Virus record (IMG/VR): IMGVR_UViG_3300048836_000098
Location: 1-64,000 of that record
From: a virus
Strand: one strand, 5' to 3'
DNA: 64,000 nucleotides
In this document: piece by piece, positions 47,931 to 58,763 of the stretch
Layout: every line of letters starts with the position of its first letter
Position numbering within the stretch: position 1 is the stretch's first letter
Position numbers and translations under genes: made by a program
The notes under the pieces: model-generated
What the model saw: the letters and a program-made list of their open reading frames with translations, nothing else
What the model was told of the DNA's origin: nothing
The model's database searches: none

Positions 47931-49025
47931 TTACGCGCTCTTGATGTAGCGCACCGCGTTCGCATTGAACTTCGCGAAGCCAGAAACATCGGAAATCGTT
48001 CCGAGCTTGGTCTGGTTGCGAATGTTCGCGTTGTACTCGCGGATCATCGAGCCGTTCTCGACGTACTTGTTCAGCGCCATGTCTTTGTTGAAGATAATGG
48101 CGGGGTTCTTGCTTCCGATCTGCGGAACGTCTGCCGTAATGAGCGTGACGCTTGCGGGGCTGATCTGCGGGGCGTTGAACCCGAAGCCCTTGAATGCGCC
48201 CTCAACGAGAGACGGATCATAGCGTAGGGTCAGAAGCGAGCGGAACATGTCTTTGCCGCAAATGACCGTAGTCGGCGCAAGGTTGGTCGCAAGGTAGAAC
48301 TCCACGCACATGCGCACAAATTCTGCGGCAGTAATCGTGTTCGCGGTTGCGCTCGCCCATCCAAGATCGACGGCTGGGTTGCTATTGCCGTCTCCGTTAA
48401 TCAGGACATAGGTCGCTTCGCTGAGTTCCTGCCCAGAAATGTCGCCCGCGATAGCGTCAAGAATCTTGCCCATTTCGTCCATACGCATTCTGCGCATAGC
48501 TTCATAGGAGATTTCAACGGCGCGACCGTGTTTGAACAGTTCTACGCTCTTTTCGCCAGTTTTGATCTTGGCGAGCGGGAGGTCTGCGCCTTCGCTTACG
48601 CGCTTGCGCTTCGTGGCATCCTTGTTCTCCGTGCTGAGAAGGTCGAGGGTAGCTGCTTTGAGAACGGTGCTGTCCACGCCAATCGGAGCGCCAGTGATAT
48701 ACTGGAGCACGTCCTGTGCGTAGATCGACTCATGCAGACGTTCGTCCATCCAAGCGGGGATAAGCCACTCGTTCGTATCGGTGTTAGTCGTGATCGTAGA
48801 ATCAAGAACCGTGCCGATCTTCGTAGACTTGCCAACACCAGCGTCGAGCAGAGCGATCTGAATAGCAGATTTCTTTGCCAGAGCGGGGTCAGCGTTTCTA
48901 CGGTCTACCAGAAGCTCCGCGTAATAGGACTCCAGAGCTTCGGAAGCAGTCATCTCGCCAGTGAACGACAAGTCCATTGCTTTGCCGCTAACGAGAATCT
49001 TGTCGAGAGTCTGTGTAGATTTCAT
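47931..49025 (-). CDS. Major capsid protein (HK97 fold)
   Basis: WLIP; VSEGADLP; KHGRAVEISYEA; LINGDGN; after protease and decoration genes. Confidence 0.9.
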   Translation of the reverse strand: MKSTQTLDKILVSGKAMDLSFTGEMTASEALESYYAELLVDRRNADPALAKKSAIQIALLDAGVGKSTKIGTVLDSTITTNTDTNEWLIPAWMDERLHESIYAQDVLQYITGAPIGVDSTVLKAATLDLLSTENKDATKRKRVSEGADLPLAKIKTGEKSVELFKHGRAVEISYEAMRRMRMDEMGKILDAIAGDISGQELSEATYVLINGDGNSNPAVDLGWASATANTITAAEFVRMCVEFYLATNLAPTTVICGKDMFRSLLTLRYDPSLVEGAFKGFGFNAPQISPASVTLITADVPQIGSKNPAIIFNKDMALNKYVENGSMIREYNANIRNQTKLGTISDVSGFAKFNANAVRYIKSA

Positions 49026-49055
49026 AGTCTTTTCCTTCCTTTCTTCCAGATTCCG

Positions 49056-49505
49056 TTAGTCGAGCCAGAGCGAAACTAGCGCGTTCGTGGTATCAACGGC
49101 AAGCGCGAAAGCGTTCGCACGTTTCACGGCGATTCCATTCGTGGTGTCAACCGCGACGTTCTGCAACTTCTGAATCTTGCCCGCGCCATCAACGGCAAGC
49201 AGATCGCCATAGCTGGTCGGTCTGTAAGTCGTGGTTGCAGACATGGCGACATCCTCAAACGAGCAACGCCGCTTTACGGTCGCGATCTTCCCGTCCGCCG
49301 TGAGATTGTCATACTTTTCTACGACTTCTACACGTCCGAGAATCGCATCCCCTGCGGAACCGAATCCGCAAGAGTAATCGCCATTCAGCGCAACAAAATC
49401 GCCAGCCTTAATGGTCGCGGCAGAAGTAGAGTCCACAAGGAACGTACCGCTGTCAACAAGCCCTTCGAAGCCGAGATCATACGCTTCTTTAATGCTAGAA
49501 TACAT
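49056..49505 (-). CDS. Head decoration/cement protein
   Basis: Position between scaffold and capsid; small beta-rich protein. Confidence 0.6.
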   Translation of the reverse strand: MYSSIKEAYDLGFEGLVDSGTFLVDSTSAATIKAGDFVALNGDYSCGFGSAGDAILGRVEVVEKYDNLTADGKIATVKRRCSFEDVAMSATTTYRPTSYGDLLAVDGAGKIQKLQNVAVDTTNGIAVKRANAFALAVDTTNALVSLWLD

Positions 49506-49552
49506 TGTTTTATCCTCTCTTTCCTAGAACTTAATTGTTCTGTGTTTGTTCA

Positions 49553-50899
49553 TTACAGCATGTCCTTCGGAGCAACGGCAGGACGTTTCACTTTTCCGTC
49601 TGCGTCGGTCGCTGGTACCGAAACTCGCTTTCCTGCTTTCAGGTCTGCTTTCGCCATCTCATTCCATTCGTCGGACTGCTCCTGAATGTCGGTCAGGTCG
49701 AACTGCCCCGCACTGAAAGTCTTGCGCCAACGGTCTTCGTTGAACTTTTCACCGTAAGCGCGAATGCCCTGTTTGATTGCATCCTCAATCGCATCGTCGC
49801 AGAGAGCCTTATACTTCTTGCCTGCAACTGCGAGTTCGAGAAGCTGGTCGTTCGTCACGGAAACGCCAAGGGCCGCTTTTACACGATCTTCTGCAACCGC
49901 AACTTCCTCTTTGACTTCGGCGGGTTTAGCTTCACCTGCGGGTTCTACTTCTTCGCCTTCCGGCTTTTCGGTTTCTTCCGCTTCGTCAGCTTCTTCCGCT
50001 TCTTCCGCTTCGTCGCTCTCTGCTTTCGCAGGAGTCTGTAACTTCGCGGATGCCGCTTCGACAATCGCTACGACCGATTCGGAGGAAACGCCAAACGCGG
50101 CAAAAGCCGCTTCGTCAATCCCAAACCGATCCATCAGTGCGCTATCGTACTTGAATCTGCTCATATCTCGTTTGTCCTCCTTCCTCGTATCGTCACTATC
50201 GGTTTCCTTTATAAAATCGACAGGTAACTTCTCTTTCAAGAAATCCACCGCGCCGTATTTTATCGTCTTTGCTGATGCCGCCACGCTTACTGATGCAATC
50301 ACTTCGTCGCAAAGTCCATAAGACAATGCTTCGTCTGCCGTGAGCCAAGTTTCGTCAGATAGCATCTGCTTCAACTCGTCCTCTGTCCCTGTAAAGTGGC
50401 GCATATAGTTGTTAATAAGCGTGATCTCCGCCTTATCAAGCATTTCCTTCGCTTTTTCAAGATCGTTCGCGTTGCCATATGCAAATGCCAATGGCTTGTG
50501 AAGCATGTAGAGCGAGTTGTCTGCCGCGTAGATTTTGTCCGCGACCATCGGAATATTACTTCCCATGCTTGCCGCGATGCCATCAATATATGCGTGAACC
50601 TTGCAATTAGTCTTTCTGCGGTAAGAATCGATTATGTTTTGTATCGCGTTACCCGCAAATACGTTTCCGCCGAGTGAGTTTACCCTTATGTTTAGTATTT
50701 TGATATCACCCATATCTTTGAGCGCGTCACGGATTCCGGCAGGGGTAACATCGCTGTCGTACCACTTATCGTCGGTAATATCTCCGTATATCCAAAGTTC
50801 ACCCTCGCTGGTGCCATTTGCCTTAGCGTGGATAAACTGGCAGATTTCTCTGTCGAACACTGGGTTCTTGCTCATAGCTTGCTTCGCCATTTTAAGCAC
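49553..50899 (-). CDS. ClpP-type prohead protease fused to scaffold
   Basis: IYGDI; VNSLGG; DGIAASMGS (Ser); MLHKP (His); ETWLTADEAL; acidic scaffold C-terminus. Confidence 0.9.
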   Translation of the reverse strand: MLKMAKQAMSKNPVFDREICQFIHAKANGTSEGELWIYGDITDDKWYDSDVTPAGIRDALKDMGDIKILNIRVNSLGGNVFAGNAIQNIIDSYRRKTNCKVHAYIDGIAASMGSNIPMVADKIYAADNSLYMLHKPLAFAYGNANDLEKAKEMLDKAEITLINNYMRHFTGTEDELKQMLSDETWLTADEALSYGLCDEVIASVSVAASAKTIKYGAVDFLKEKLPVDFIKETDSDDTRKEDKRDMSRFKYDSALMDRFGIDEAAFAAFGVSSESVVAIVEAASAKLQTPAKAESDEAEEAEEADEAEETEKPEGEEVEPAGEAKPAEVKEEVAVAEDRVKAALGVSVTNDQLLELAVAGKKYKALCDDAIEDAIKQGIRAYGEKFNEDRWRKTFSAGQFDLTDIQEQSDEWNEMAKADLKAGKRVSVPATDADGKVKRPAVAPKDML

Positions 50900-52441
50900 C
50901 TACCTTTTTCTGAATCTGCTTACGATACTATTCTTCTTCGCTGATGCAACTGGTCTGAACGGAGAAACGTTGTTCGTCGTATCGTCATCTTCGTCATCGT
51001 CAGAGCTTGCATTGCTTGTGCTCGTATCAGTCGTTGGAGCGACGGCCGACTTCTTCAAATACTCAAAGAATCCTGCGTCTGGCTTATCAGCCTTCTCAAC
51101 GCCCATCGTTTCCTGCGCGGCTCTATCATGGCTAATCCAACGATATTCTTCTGCGCGTCTGAACTTCTCCATCTTCTTGACTTCGGCGTTCAGCTTTTCA
51201 AGTTCGGTTGTCCAATCAATCGGCTTGTGAGAAACACGGCAGTAGACGTTGTAGCCATTCACACGCGCCCACATATTCAAAATCTGTTCAAGAATACGCT
51301 TAGAAGCGCGGCGCATACTGTCTACGGTTTCAGTGACAATCTTAAACTCAACAGTTCCTAGCGAGTAACTTCCAGAATCAAGCCTGTTCAGCAAGACGCT
51401 AGTTAAGTGAAACGAGTTTGCAATCAGCGGTTCAAGTGCTTCAAACCAACTGCGAAGGTCAATGCCGCTTCCGTTCTGTCCGCCAAGAATCTCGGTCTTA
51501 ACGCAGTCATAAGAAATAATATCGCTATCCTTTCCAATACTTCGCATCTGGCTTTCAATCGCATCAAACGTGCGGGATAAGAACTCTTCCGCCTTTGCAG
51601 ACGTTGCAGTATCTTCGGGCAACGCGCTTTCGAGCAAAGACTTTCGGTCAATCATGTGGTTGTATCGCGGATAGCCGATTCGGTTCAGAACCGTCAAGCT
51701 ATCATCAATCAGCTTATAATACTGCTCAACCGTTACAATCGCGCTCTCAAATGCAAGCGTACCATTCGGCATTCCGACTTTCGGCTGATAAGGCACAAAG
51801 AAGAAGTTTCCGTCATACAAGTCAACGCGCTTCGACGCTTGCGTATCAGTCTGGTAAATCGCGTATCTTCGCTCTGCTTCTAAGTATTCAAACTGGAAAT
51901 ACGCAGGGTCAACGATAACCACATCTTCAATGCTCTGTGCATCTTCTGCTACAACGACTTCGCAAGCCATTCCAGAACGCGTAAGAGCGGAAGTGTGCAA
52001 CTGGTCTAAGAAGGCATCAAGCCCTGCGGCGTTCGTCTTTCCGATAGCGGCACAATACTCACGTACTTCCGTATCGTACTTCTTGACAGGCGCACCAGTT
52101 CTCGCGTTAAACAGTTCAATATCAACACCCTGATTGGCAAGTCGCAGAAACACATTCAACGCTTGCGCACCATCAGGCGTTTTCTCAACAATCATTTCAA
52201 CGCATTTGTATTTGTCCTGCGTGTCGTGAAGCTGTTGTAGAAGGTCAATCGTCTTATGCCTATCGTTCGTTATATTCCGCGCTCCATAGGTCATTCCCGA
52301 CTTACGTCCGCGCTTAACAGGAGCGCCATCAGTGATCTTCGCAAAAACACCTTGAATGCTCTGAACAGCATTTTTAATCACGGCTCCAACTTTGAAACCG
52401 CGATTAACGCTTTTTTCTTCTGTATTTTTAGGTTTTGCCAC
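50900..52441 (-). CDS. Portal protein
   Basis: 513 aa between terminase and protease. Confidence 0.8.
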   Translation of the reverse strand: MAKPKNTEEKSVNRGFKVGAVIKNAVQSIQGVFAKITDGAPVKRGRKSGMTYGARNITNDRHKTIDLLQQLHDTQDKYKCVEMIVEKTPDGAQALNVFLRLANQGVDIELFNARTGAPVKKYDTEVREYCAAIGKTNAAGLDAFLDQLHTSALTRSGMACEVVVAEDAQSIEDVVIVDPAYFQFEYLEAERRYAIYQTDTQASKRVDLYDGNFFFVPYQPKVGMPNGTLAFESAIVTVEQYYKLIDDSLTVLNRIGYPRYNHMIDRKSLLESALPEDTATSAKAEEFLSRTFDAIESQMRSIGKDSDIISYDCVKTEILGGQNGSGIDLRSWFEALEPLIANSFHLTSVLLNRLDSGSYSLGTVEFKIVTETVDSMRRASKRILEQILNMWARVNGYNVYCRVSHKPIDWTTELEKLNAEVKKMEKFRRAEEYRWISHDRAAQETMGVEKADKPDAGFFEYLKKSAVAPTTDTSTSNASSDDDEDDDTTNNVSPFRPVASAKKNSIVSRFRKR

Positions 52442-52478
52442 CTTATCGCCTCCAAAAGCACGGAAACTGCGTTTCCTG

Positions 52479-52513
52479 TATATAATATATAATCTTTCGC
52501 GTCACAATGTCAA
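52479..52513 (-). promoter_or_regulatory. sigma-A promoter with AT box (portal operon)
   Basis: TTGACA-18-TATATT; shares 19 identical nt with 47006-47024. Confidence 0.7.
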
Positions 52514-52526
52514 GGATAAAAATATA

Positions 52527-53261
52527 TTATATATAATCTTGAACATTATCCGCTAATCGCTTATTGATAATATCTACGTACTTCGCTTCCTTCTCGATCA
52601 GAATGTAGCTCCGCTTAGTGTTCTGGCAAGCAACTCCCGTTGTTCCCGAACCCGCACAGTTATCTAAAACCGTATCTCCTTCGTTCGTGTAAGTCTTGAT
52701 AAGATACTCACATAAGGATACTGGCTTTTGGGTTGGGTGCAAAGAGCCGCGACGCACCTTGTCGAACGATAGTAACGTTGTTGGATATTTCTCTGTGTAC
52801 GTCTTTTGATTTAGCTTAGAAAGTCCAACTGTCCCTCCGCTCATTGACTGCGCCATTCCACCGCTTTTTATCGGAACGTCACGCGGTTGCATAATTGGGT
52901 GGTAAAAAGAATTACCGCTAATAAATACCGATATGCTTTCCGTTTGACGCATTGGTTGAATCCTTGCGTTGCACATTCCGCTCGGTATTTTCTTATCCCA
53001 TATCCAATCGTATTTGTAATCCTGCAAATTACTCAATCTCAACTTGCTTGAAAACGGTTCTTGTCCAAATAAAACTATCGCGCAGTTGTCCTTGATAATC
53101 CGCTTGTACTGTTCCCACAACGGATCAAACGGAATTATAACATCCCACTTGCAAGATAGAGAACCATACGGCAAGTCACACAAGATCATATCTACGCTCT
53201 TGTCGGGAATATCGCGCATTACTTCTAGGCAATCTCCGAGAATTACTACGTTTTTATCCAT
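52527..53261 (-). CDS. DNA N6/N4 methyltransferase (paralog of 13542-14306)
   Basis: IPDKSVDMILCDLPYG; HPTQKPVSLCE; LDNCAGSGTT. Confidence 0.92.
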   Translation of the reverse strand: MDKNVVILGDCLEVMRDIPDKSVDMILCDLPYGSLSCKWDVIIPFDPLWEQYKRIIKDNCAIVLFGQEPFSSKLRLSNLQDYKYDWIWDKKIPSGMCNARIQPMRQTESISVFISGNSFYHPIMQPRDVPIKSGGMAQSMSGGTVGLSKLNQKTYTEKYPTTLLSFDKVRRGSLHPTQKPVSLCEYLIKTYTNEGDTVLDNCAGSGTTGVACQNTKRSYILIEKEAKYVDIINKRLADNVQDYI

Positions 53262-53274
53262 ATCGATATGCCTT

Positions 53275-55005
53275 TCAACGCCTTGCGGACTTCACTGAAC
53301 TGATTCGATTCACAAACGGTATCTTCTGTTCTATCGCGGCATAATCGAAATAAGCGGCATACATCGCAGAAACGAAGTCATCATGCTCCATCTCTTGATT
53401 GCTGTACTGACCGTTCTTTTCCGTATAATCGCTCATTTGATACATAAGCGTCTGCGCATCTTCCGAACCATCAATCAAAACGTGAACGTCACTATTCTGA
53501 ACTGCTAACTCCAAAGACTGAACGTACTTCTGTTTGTTCTGTCCTTGTTCGTCTAGCGGAATCTCGCGAACGCCTAGTTTTAGCAGTTGCCCTTCAATCG
53601 CCGTGTGACCAGTTCTAAGCCATGCACAAGGAGCGTGATTGTAGAAGCTAGACCAATACGCAATAAACGCATACTGATCGTCGTAGTTCTTTCCGTACAT
53701 GTTGAACTGACGCACAATGTGGTTATCGTGCATATCTCGAATTACGATTGTCGGGTTATCTTCCGAAGAACCAGTTGCAGGGTCATAGCCGATTCGATAG
53801 TGATGCAGATTGCTAGGCTGTTGCCACTTTGCCGTATATTCGTTTCTGTCTGCTTCGGTTTTCAGTTCAAGCGTTTCATCAAAGATGTTTACGCAACACT
53901 TATCCTCGAAGTCTTTGAACACAGAACCATCACCCGCTAAGAAGTCAGCAAGGTAGTTCTGCCGATAGATTCGATCTCCTAGTTTCCTGCGCAGATCATT
54001 CTCATACGACATTTCGCCATACTTGGTCTTGATAATAGTCTTTGCGAGTTGTTCGTTTACAGGGTTCGCCGTCCACGGAAGTTGAATGCTATGCCAGTTG
54101 GAAGAATAGTTCGCGTGTTCCTTGCATCCCCAACAGAATACCGTATAGAACTGATTCTTGCCGATAGGAGTGCTATTGATAATCATCTTGCCGCAACCAT
54201 ACGGAGCACCGCCGCGATCTTTCGACAGACCACGTTGCGGAGAGTTCAAACGCGCCTCGATATTCGCTACAGCAACCAGAAGGTCTTTGATTCGAGCCGC
54301 TTCTGTAATCGTACAAAGGTCAACACCAGAACCAACCAACTGTTCAGGGTCATAAGCCGAACGAACTTCGATAACCCCGCCAAACACAGTTTCAATCACC
54401 ATGTTCGTATTATCGCAAGCCACAATCCAATCACGCGGGAACTGCTTCTTCAAGTCACGCCAGTTCTGTTTTGCAAGGCGTTCGCTAGGAGCAACAATCC
54501 ACCAAAGAACAGACGGAGCCATTTCAGGACGTTCAATATGCCGATTCTCATTCAAGCAATCCGTGAAGTATTCAATGCCAAGCACGTTTGCCGTGAAGTC
54601 TTTACCAGTACGGTTTCCCAACGCCCACACGCTAAAACGATGCGCTCTGAACTGTCTACGCGCTTCAACCTGCCACTCATAAAGATTCACAGGGAGAGTA
54701 GCAACAGTAACCTCGTTTTCAGACGAAGCACTCTTTAGCTTTGCTTCTTTGCGATTCGCTAATTTAGAACGGCAACTGTGGCATGTCTTGAAAGCTGAAT
54801 AGGAATTTCTATCCGCGTAATAATCTTGGTCAAAAACAGTACCGCACTTCTCGCACTTCTTCGTCGGTTCGCCATGCGCAATTTCTTCCTCGCCCGAATA
54901 GTCCCGCAGGATGCTATACATCTTCGGGGCTTCTCCGTTCGCCATATCGCGCTTTCGTGCTTCTTGTACGGCTCTTGCTTTAATTGTGTTACGTTTTTCT
55001 TCCAT
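53275..55005 (-). CDS. terL: Terminase large subunit
   Basis: Walker A GNRTGKD; WIVAPS; NSTP.GKN; RQNYLA.F; nuclease IGYDPA and HDDFVSA. Confidence 0.9.
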   Translation of the reverse strand: MEEKRNTIKARAVQEARKRDMANGEAPKMYSILRDYSGEEEIAHGEPTKKCEKCGTVFDQDYYADRNSYSAFKTCHSCRSKLANRKEAKLKSASSENEVTVATLPVNLYEWQVEARRQFRAHRFSVWALGNRTGKDFTANVLGIEYFTDCLNENRHIERPEMAPSVLWWIVAPSERLAKQNWRDLKKQFPRDWIVACDNTNMVIETVFGGVIEVRSAYDPEQLVGSGVDLCTITEAARIKDLLVAVANIEARLNSPQRGLSKDRGGAPYGCGKMIINSTPIGKNQFYTVFCWGCKEHANYSSNWHSIQLPWTANPVNEQLAKTIIKTKYGEMSYENDLRRKLGDRIYRQNYLADFLAGDGSVFKDFEDKCCVNIFDETLELKTEADRNEYTAKWQQPSNLHHYRIGYDPATGSSEDNPTIVIRDMHDNHIVRQFNMYGKNYDDQYAFIAYWSSFYNHAPCAWLRTGHTAIEGQLLKLGVREIPLDEQGQNKQKYVQSLELAVQNSDVHVLIDGSEDAQTLMYQMSDYTEKNGQYSNQEMEHDDFVSAMYAAYFDYAAIEQKIPFVNRISSVKSARR

Positions 55006-55096
55006 AAGCGAATAATATATTATATATTGTTTGTTGTCAAGATTTCAGAAGTATGCTACACAAGGTCTGTTTTCGCACCCTATCGAAAGTGAAATT

Positions 55097-55118
55097 AAAA
55101 GAGGGCTTGCGCCCCCTT
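55097..55118 (-). terminator. Probable intrinsic terminator
   Basis: AAGGGGGC-GCAA-GCCCTCTTTT. Confidence 0.6.
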
Positions 55119-55121
55119 GTT

Positions 55122-55613
55122 TCATTCGCTATCCACTTGTAGTCCCACTTGAACCGTTGTAGTGCTTCCTGAATTGTTCCCGAACCTTATTGCCAACGCC
55201 GCTCTTGCGCTCGTTCCAGAGCCGTCTACAGTGTCTAGTCGTGTAAGGCTCTGCAACTGCTTCCCTATCTTCTCATATGCTTCCGCAATAAACTTCAAGT
55301 CCATTGGCGTTTTAGCACTTTCAAGAATTACAAGCATTTTTTCTCTATTTCCGAGAAATTCCATTATAGTGTCCATGCTCTCGATTGCGTGGGTTGCTTG
55401 CTTGACCTTCTTGTTATCGATCATATTACGAACATAATCGCGCTTCTTTTCGAGAACTAGCTTCTGTTCCTGCTTCATAACTTTGGTTATTTCAGGAATA
55501 TCATCGATGTTTACAACAAGACCAAACTCGCCGTCATCCTCTTGGTCAACAACTTCAAGCTCTGTTTCTTCTGGTTCATCATCAAACATCGATTCAATCA
55601 TCTTCTGTGCCAT
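55122..55613 (-). CDS. Possible terminase small subunit
   Basis: Position before terL; helical; 163 aa. Confidence 0.4.
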   Translation of the reverse strand: MAQKMIESMFDDEPEETELEVVDQEDDGEFGLVVNIDDIPEITKVMKQEQKLVLEKKRDYVRNMIDNKKVKQATHAIESMDTIMEFLGNREKMLVILESAKTPMDLKFIAEAYEKIGKQLQSLTRLDTVDGSGTSARAALAIRFGNNSGSTTTVQVGLQVDSE

Positions 55614-56607
55614 CTAGCCTAGCCACCTTTCGGTTATACTCGTCTGCCGCTTTCAATCGCAATGCCTCTTCGTATGCTTCGGGATCGCGATATTTGAGCG
55701 GTGCTTTATTGTTCTGTGTCATAAGCGCGTTGTTGCAATATGCCGAAAACGTTATTCTGCCTTTGGTGATGTTGCGCGGGTCTGCATTGTATCTTCGGAT
55801 AATGTCTTGCGTCTTTGCGTACAGTTCTCCGTTGACAGTGATGTTTTTCTGTTGATCGGGCATATCCATTGAAACCTTAATCGCTTTGTCGAACTCGGTA
55901 ACGACCTTGTACTTTTCGACCTCTGCGACCTTCGGATGCGGGTTCTGCTGAATCAACGCTTCAAAAGCCATCATAACACCTTCGTTATGCTTTATGCCTT
56001 GAACGTCGCACCATGCCACAAATTGATTATACAACGCATTGCGCTCCACTTTCAACACATGCTTTTCATCGTCGTTCAAGTGAATCTCTGCATTACCGAA
56101 GATGACGAAGTCCTTGCGCGGCTCGCTTCCATTATACGGCAATCTATCAGGAAGAACAAGTTTCGTTCCGTTCTGCTTCGCTTCTCTAACAGCATCGCCA
56201 TACTCTTTCAGGACGCTTAACCGAATACCGAACGAAATTGCTCTGCGATACTTCTTTGTTCTTTCGCTTTTCCACTTCGTCTGAAAGCACTCAATCAAAT
56301 GCGCAATCGGAGCGAGTTTATCGTGCATCACGAATCGGTTCATACCCAAAGCGCAAATCTCGTCAGCGTGAATATTGTAGAACAGGTCAAACTCTCTTGA
56401 GCCATACTTGTTATAGAGGTTCAGAACGTTCGCATACGTTTCCTTGCGCATCTGCTCAATTCGTTCATCGCGCATTCGCCATTCAGGAAGTTCCTTATTC
56501 CGAAGCAGTTCTCCTATACCAATATGCGTTTCGCTTGGAACATATTCGTCATTTCTAGTCAAAAACGGAGCTTGGAAATTCGCCCCGCGCTTCCTTGCTC
56601 CGCTCAT
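55594..56607 (-). CDS. Hypothetical protein
   Basis: 337-aa ORF with RBS; no motif recognised. Confidence 0.6.
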   Translation of the reverse strand: MSGARKRGANFQAPFLTRNDEYVPSETHIGIGELLRNKELPEWRMRDERIEQMRKETYANVLNLYNKYGSREFDLFYNIHADEICALGMNRFVMHDKLAPIAHLIECFQTKWKSERTKKYRRAISFGIRLSVLKEYGDAVREAKQNGTKLVLPDRLPYNGSEPRKDFVIFGNAEIHLNDDEKHVLKVERNALYNQFVAWCDVQGIKHNEGVMMAFEALIQQNPHPKVAEVEKYKVVTEFDKAIKVSMDMPDQQKNITVNGELYAKTQDIIRRYNADPRNITKGRITFSAYCNNALMTQNNKAPLKYRDPEAYEEALRLKAADEYNRKVARLDGTEDD

Positions 56608-57135
56608 AGTCGATTCTCCTTGCTGTTGTGCTTATTCCGCAACGATCTCGTCACGATACGCAGTCAGGCACTCCCAACAAATCTTGCGGTCAGCAGAAGC
56701 CGTTCCAACCCCGCAGAGCAAGCACTTTCCGCCGTTCTTGAAGTTCCCCTTCTTGACAGGCGATCCAACGTAGGTAAACAGCGTCGAGATCATATCTTCC
56801 GCAGGAACCTTGTACTTGGCATCGGAACTTTCCGTCAACTGCTTCTTGCTCTTTTCCTTCTTCATCACTACAACAGCGGCATCATTTGCTACTACGGATT
56901 CTTCATTCGTCTGTTCCATTTCTATTTCCTCTTTTCTTTATTTTGTTTGGATTGCTTGTTTGATTCGCGCTGGCACGTCCGATTCCAACGCTTAGTCGTG
57001 GCTCTTACGGTTTTTGCCATCGCGCTCTTTTTGCACTTTGGGCACTCGTAAATCCACCCAATTATTATATCTGTCCCCTTGATAATTACATGCCATAATA
57101 GCGGATCAACTGTGCAATTCGGGCAACTAGATGGC

Positions 57136-57648
57136 TTAATTGTTTTCTTCATCATGTGCGCCACCGTTATACTTATCCCAATTCGCCTCGCAGAAACCTC
57201 GAACGCCCTGCGCCGGACTGTAATCTGGATAAATCTTGGCAAATTCTTCTTCCGCTTGCAAGAACGTCATCCCGCCGAACTGATGCCTTCCCGCCAGATA
57301 CAGCAAACCGATTCCCGCCGCTCTCGAATGCCCTTGATTACAGTGTACTAGAATCTGTTGCCCCAACGCAAGCTGCTCGTCGATAAATGCAAGAGCCGCA
57401 TCGATAATAACGGGGCTGATCCAATCGGGATTATCAACGTCTACAAGGTTCAGCATCAATCGGTTATCGCGTCTGGCAATCAGGTATTCAGGATTATCCT
57501 TCGAGCAGGCTCGACCAGTATAGCCAACCGCCGCTCTGTGATAAGGCTCTTTGCATGCGTGAATCGTAGACCATCCTTTGCGGAATTGAACGTCGTATTC
57601 GTAGTCGGTTTCGTTTCCGATGGATACGCTTGGTGTGATTTCGATCAT
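57136..57648 (-). CDS. Dual-specificity/PTP-like phosphatase
   Basis: HCx5R signature VHCNQGHSRA; upstream LVD general-acid loop. Confidence 0.85.
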   Translation of the reverse strand: MIEITPSVSIGNETDYEYDVQFRKGWSTIHACKEPYHRAAVGYTGRACSKDNPEYLIARRDNRLMLNLVDVDNPDWISPVIIDAALAFIDEQLALGQQILVHCNQGHSRAAGIGLLYLAGRHQFGGMTFLQAEEEFAKIYPDYSPAQGVRGFCEANWDKYNGGAHDEENN

Positions 57649-58325
57649 CCTGTTACTCCTTCGCTATTTCATTCGGGTTCTGCGACAACACGTTTCCGAT
57701 CCATTCGTCGGATTTCAGGTAAATCTTTTGAGTGTCATCCCATTGCCCACCCGCATCTTCCGTTTTGAATCTAAAGTAGTCTTTCTTCCTGCTTGTAATC
57801 TGTTCAGCCGTTGCGTTCGATTTCCACCAACGGCGAATCCATTCGCTCATATCGTCCATATCCGGCATAGCGACTACGTAGGAAACCTTGCGTTCATCCA
57901 ACAGTGCTTTGATTTCTAAATCCATCGGAAGCAGGATGTAGCGGAAGCGTCTTAGGTTCTTCGTTTCGATAATTCCATCGATGAATTTAGCCTTGTCTTT
58001 GCTTTCAACATCAGCGTCCATCGCAAACGACGAATTGCTTCCGGTCTTGTAATAAAACGAACGACCAATTCCCGAAAAACACAGGATAATGTCAGTGTTT
58101 GAATAGATCATATAATCCGTACTCCTTCGCTGTTTATAGTTCCTTCCGCGCGAACCATTTGTCCGTAGTATTCACTGTCATTTAAGAAGTTCGGAACGTA
58201 GATTATTGTCTCGTTAATTCCGACGTTCATTCCGCCACTATATTTAGGATTAATGCAAGCGGTCGTCTTGCAATATCCGAACTCTGTTTTATTATTGCAA
58301 TCCTTACCGCATCTTCCGCAATCCA

Positions 58326-58763
58326 TCATTCTCCACCCGCTTTCCATTGTTCGTAGTCATCAACAGTTGTAATAACTATCTCCACTCTAGGCGAAGTCTT
58401 ATCGTAATACACTCGGCTACCGTCATGCCCCGCTACAAATTCCCTTGAATCATCCTCTAAAATCCCATGCTTCACCAGAATATCATCGATAGCCGCAAGC
58501 AGGTTCAATCCGTCTACTCTCCGCTTCGTTTTCATGTAGAACGTGCAACAGATGTTCACTGGAAAGTCAATCGGCTTAGTCGGCTTCGGCTTTAAGAACC
58601 ACGCGCAATCCTTCTCGAACTGTAAATATTGCTTAGACTGTATCGGCAACATTCTCTCGCGTTTCTTGCATGTCGGACAAATCTTTCCGATACCGACCAT
58701 TTGAAGATGGTTTTTTTTTGAAACTCCGCAAATACCTATCGTGTATTTTATAACATCACGCAT
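58326..58763 (-). CDS. rusA: RusA-like Holliday junction resolvase
   Basis: SKKN; RVDGLNL..AIDDILV..GILEDD; PRVEI. Confidence 0.85.
   Translation of the reverse strand: MRDVIKYTIGICGVSKKNHLQMVGIGKICPTCKKRERMLPIQSKQYLQFEKDCAWFLKPKPTKPIDFPVNICCTFYMKTKRRVDGLNLLAAIDDILVKHGILEDDSREFVAGHDGSRVYYDKTSPRVEIVITTVDDYEQWKAGGE

Noticed and set aside
58711-58719. Homopolymer runs as phase-variation switches (also about 29888-29896)
   Set aside because: These 9-nt runs encode Lys-Lys in frame within intact genes; a single sequence gives no evidence of variation.
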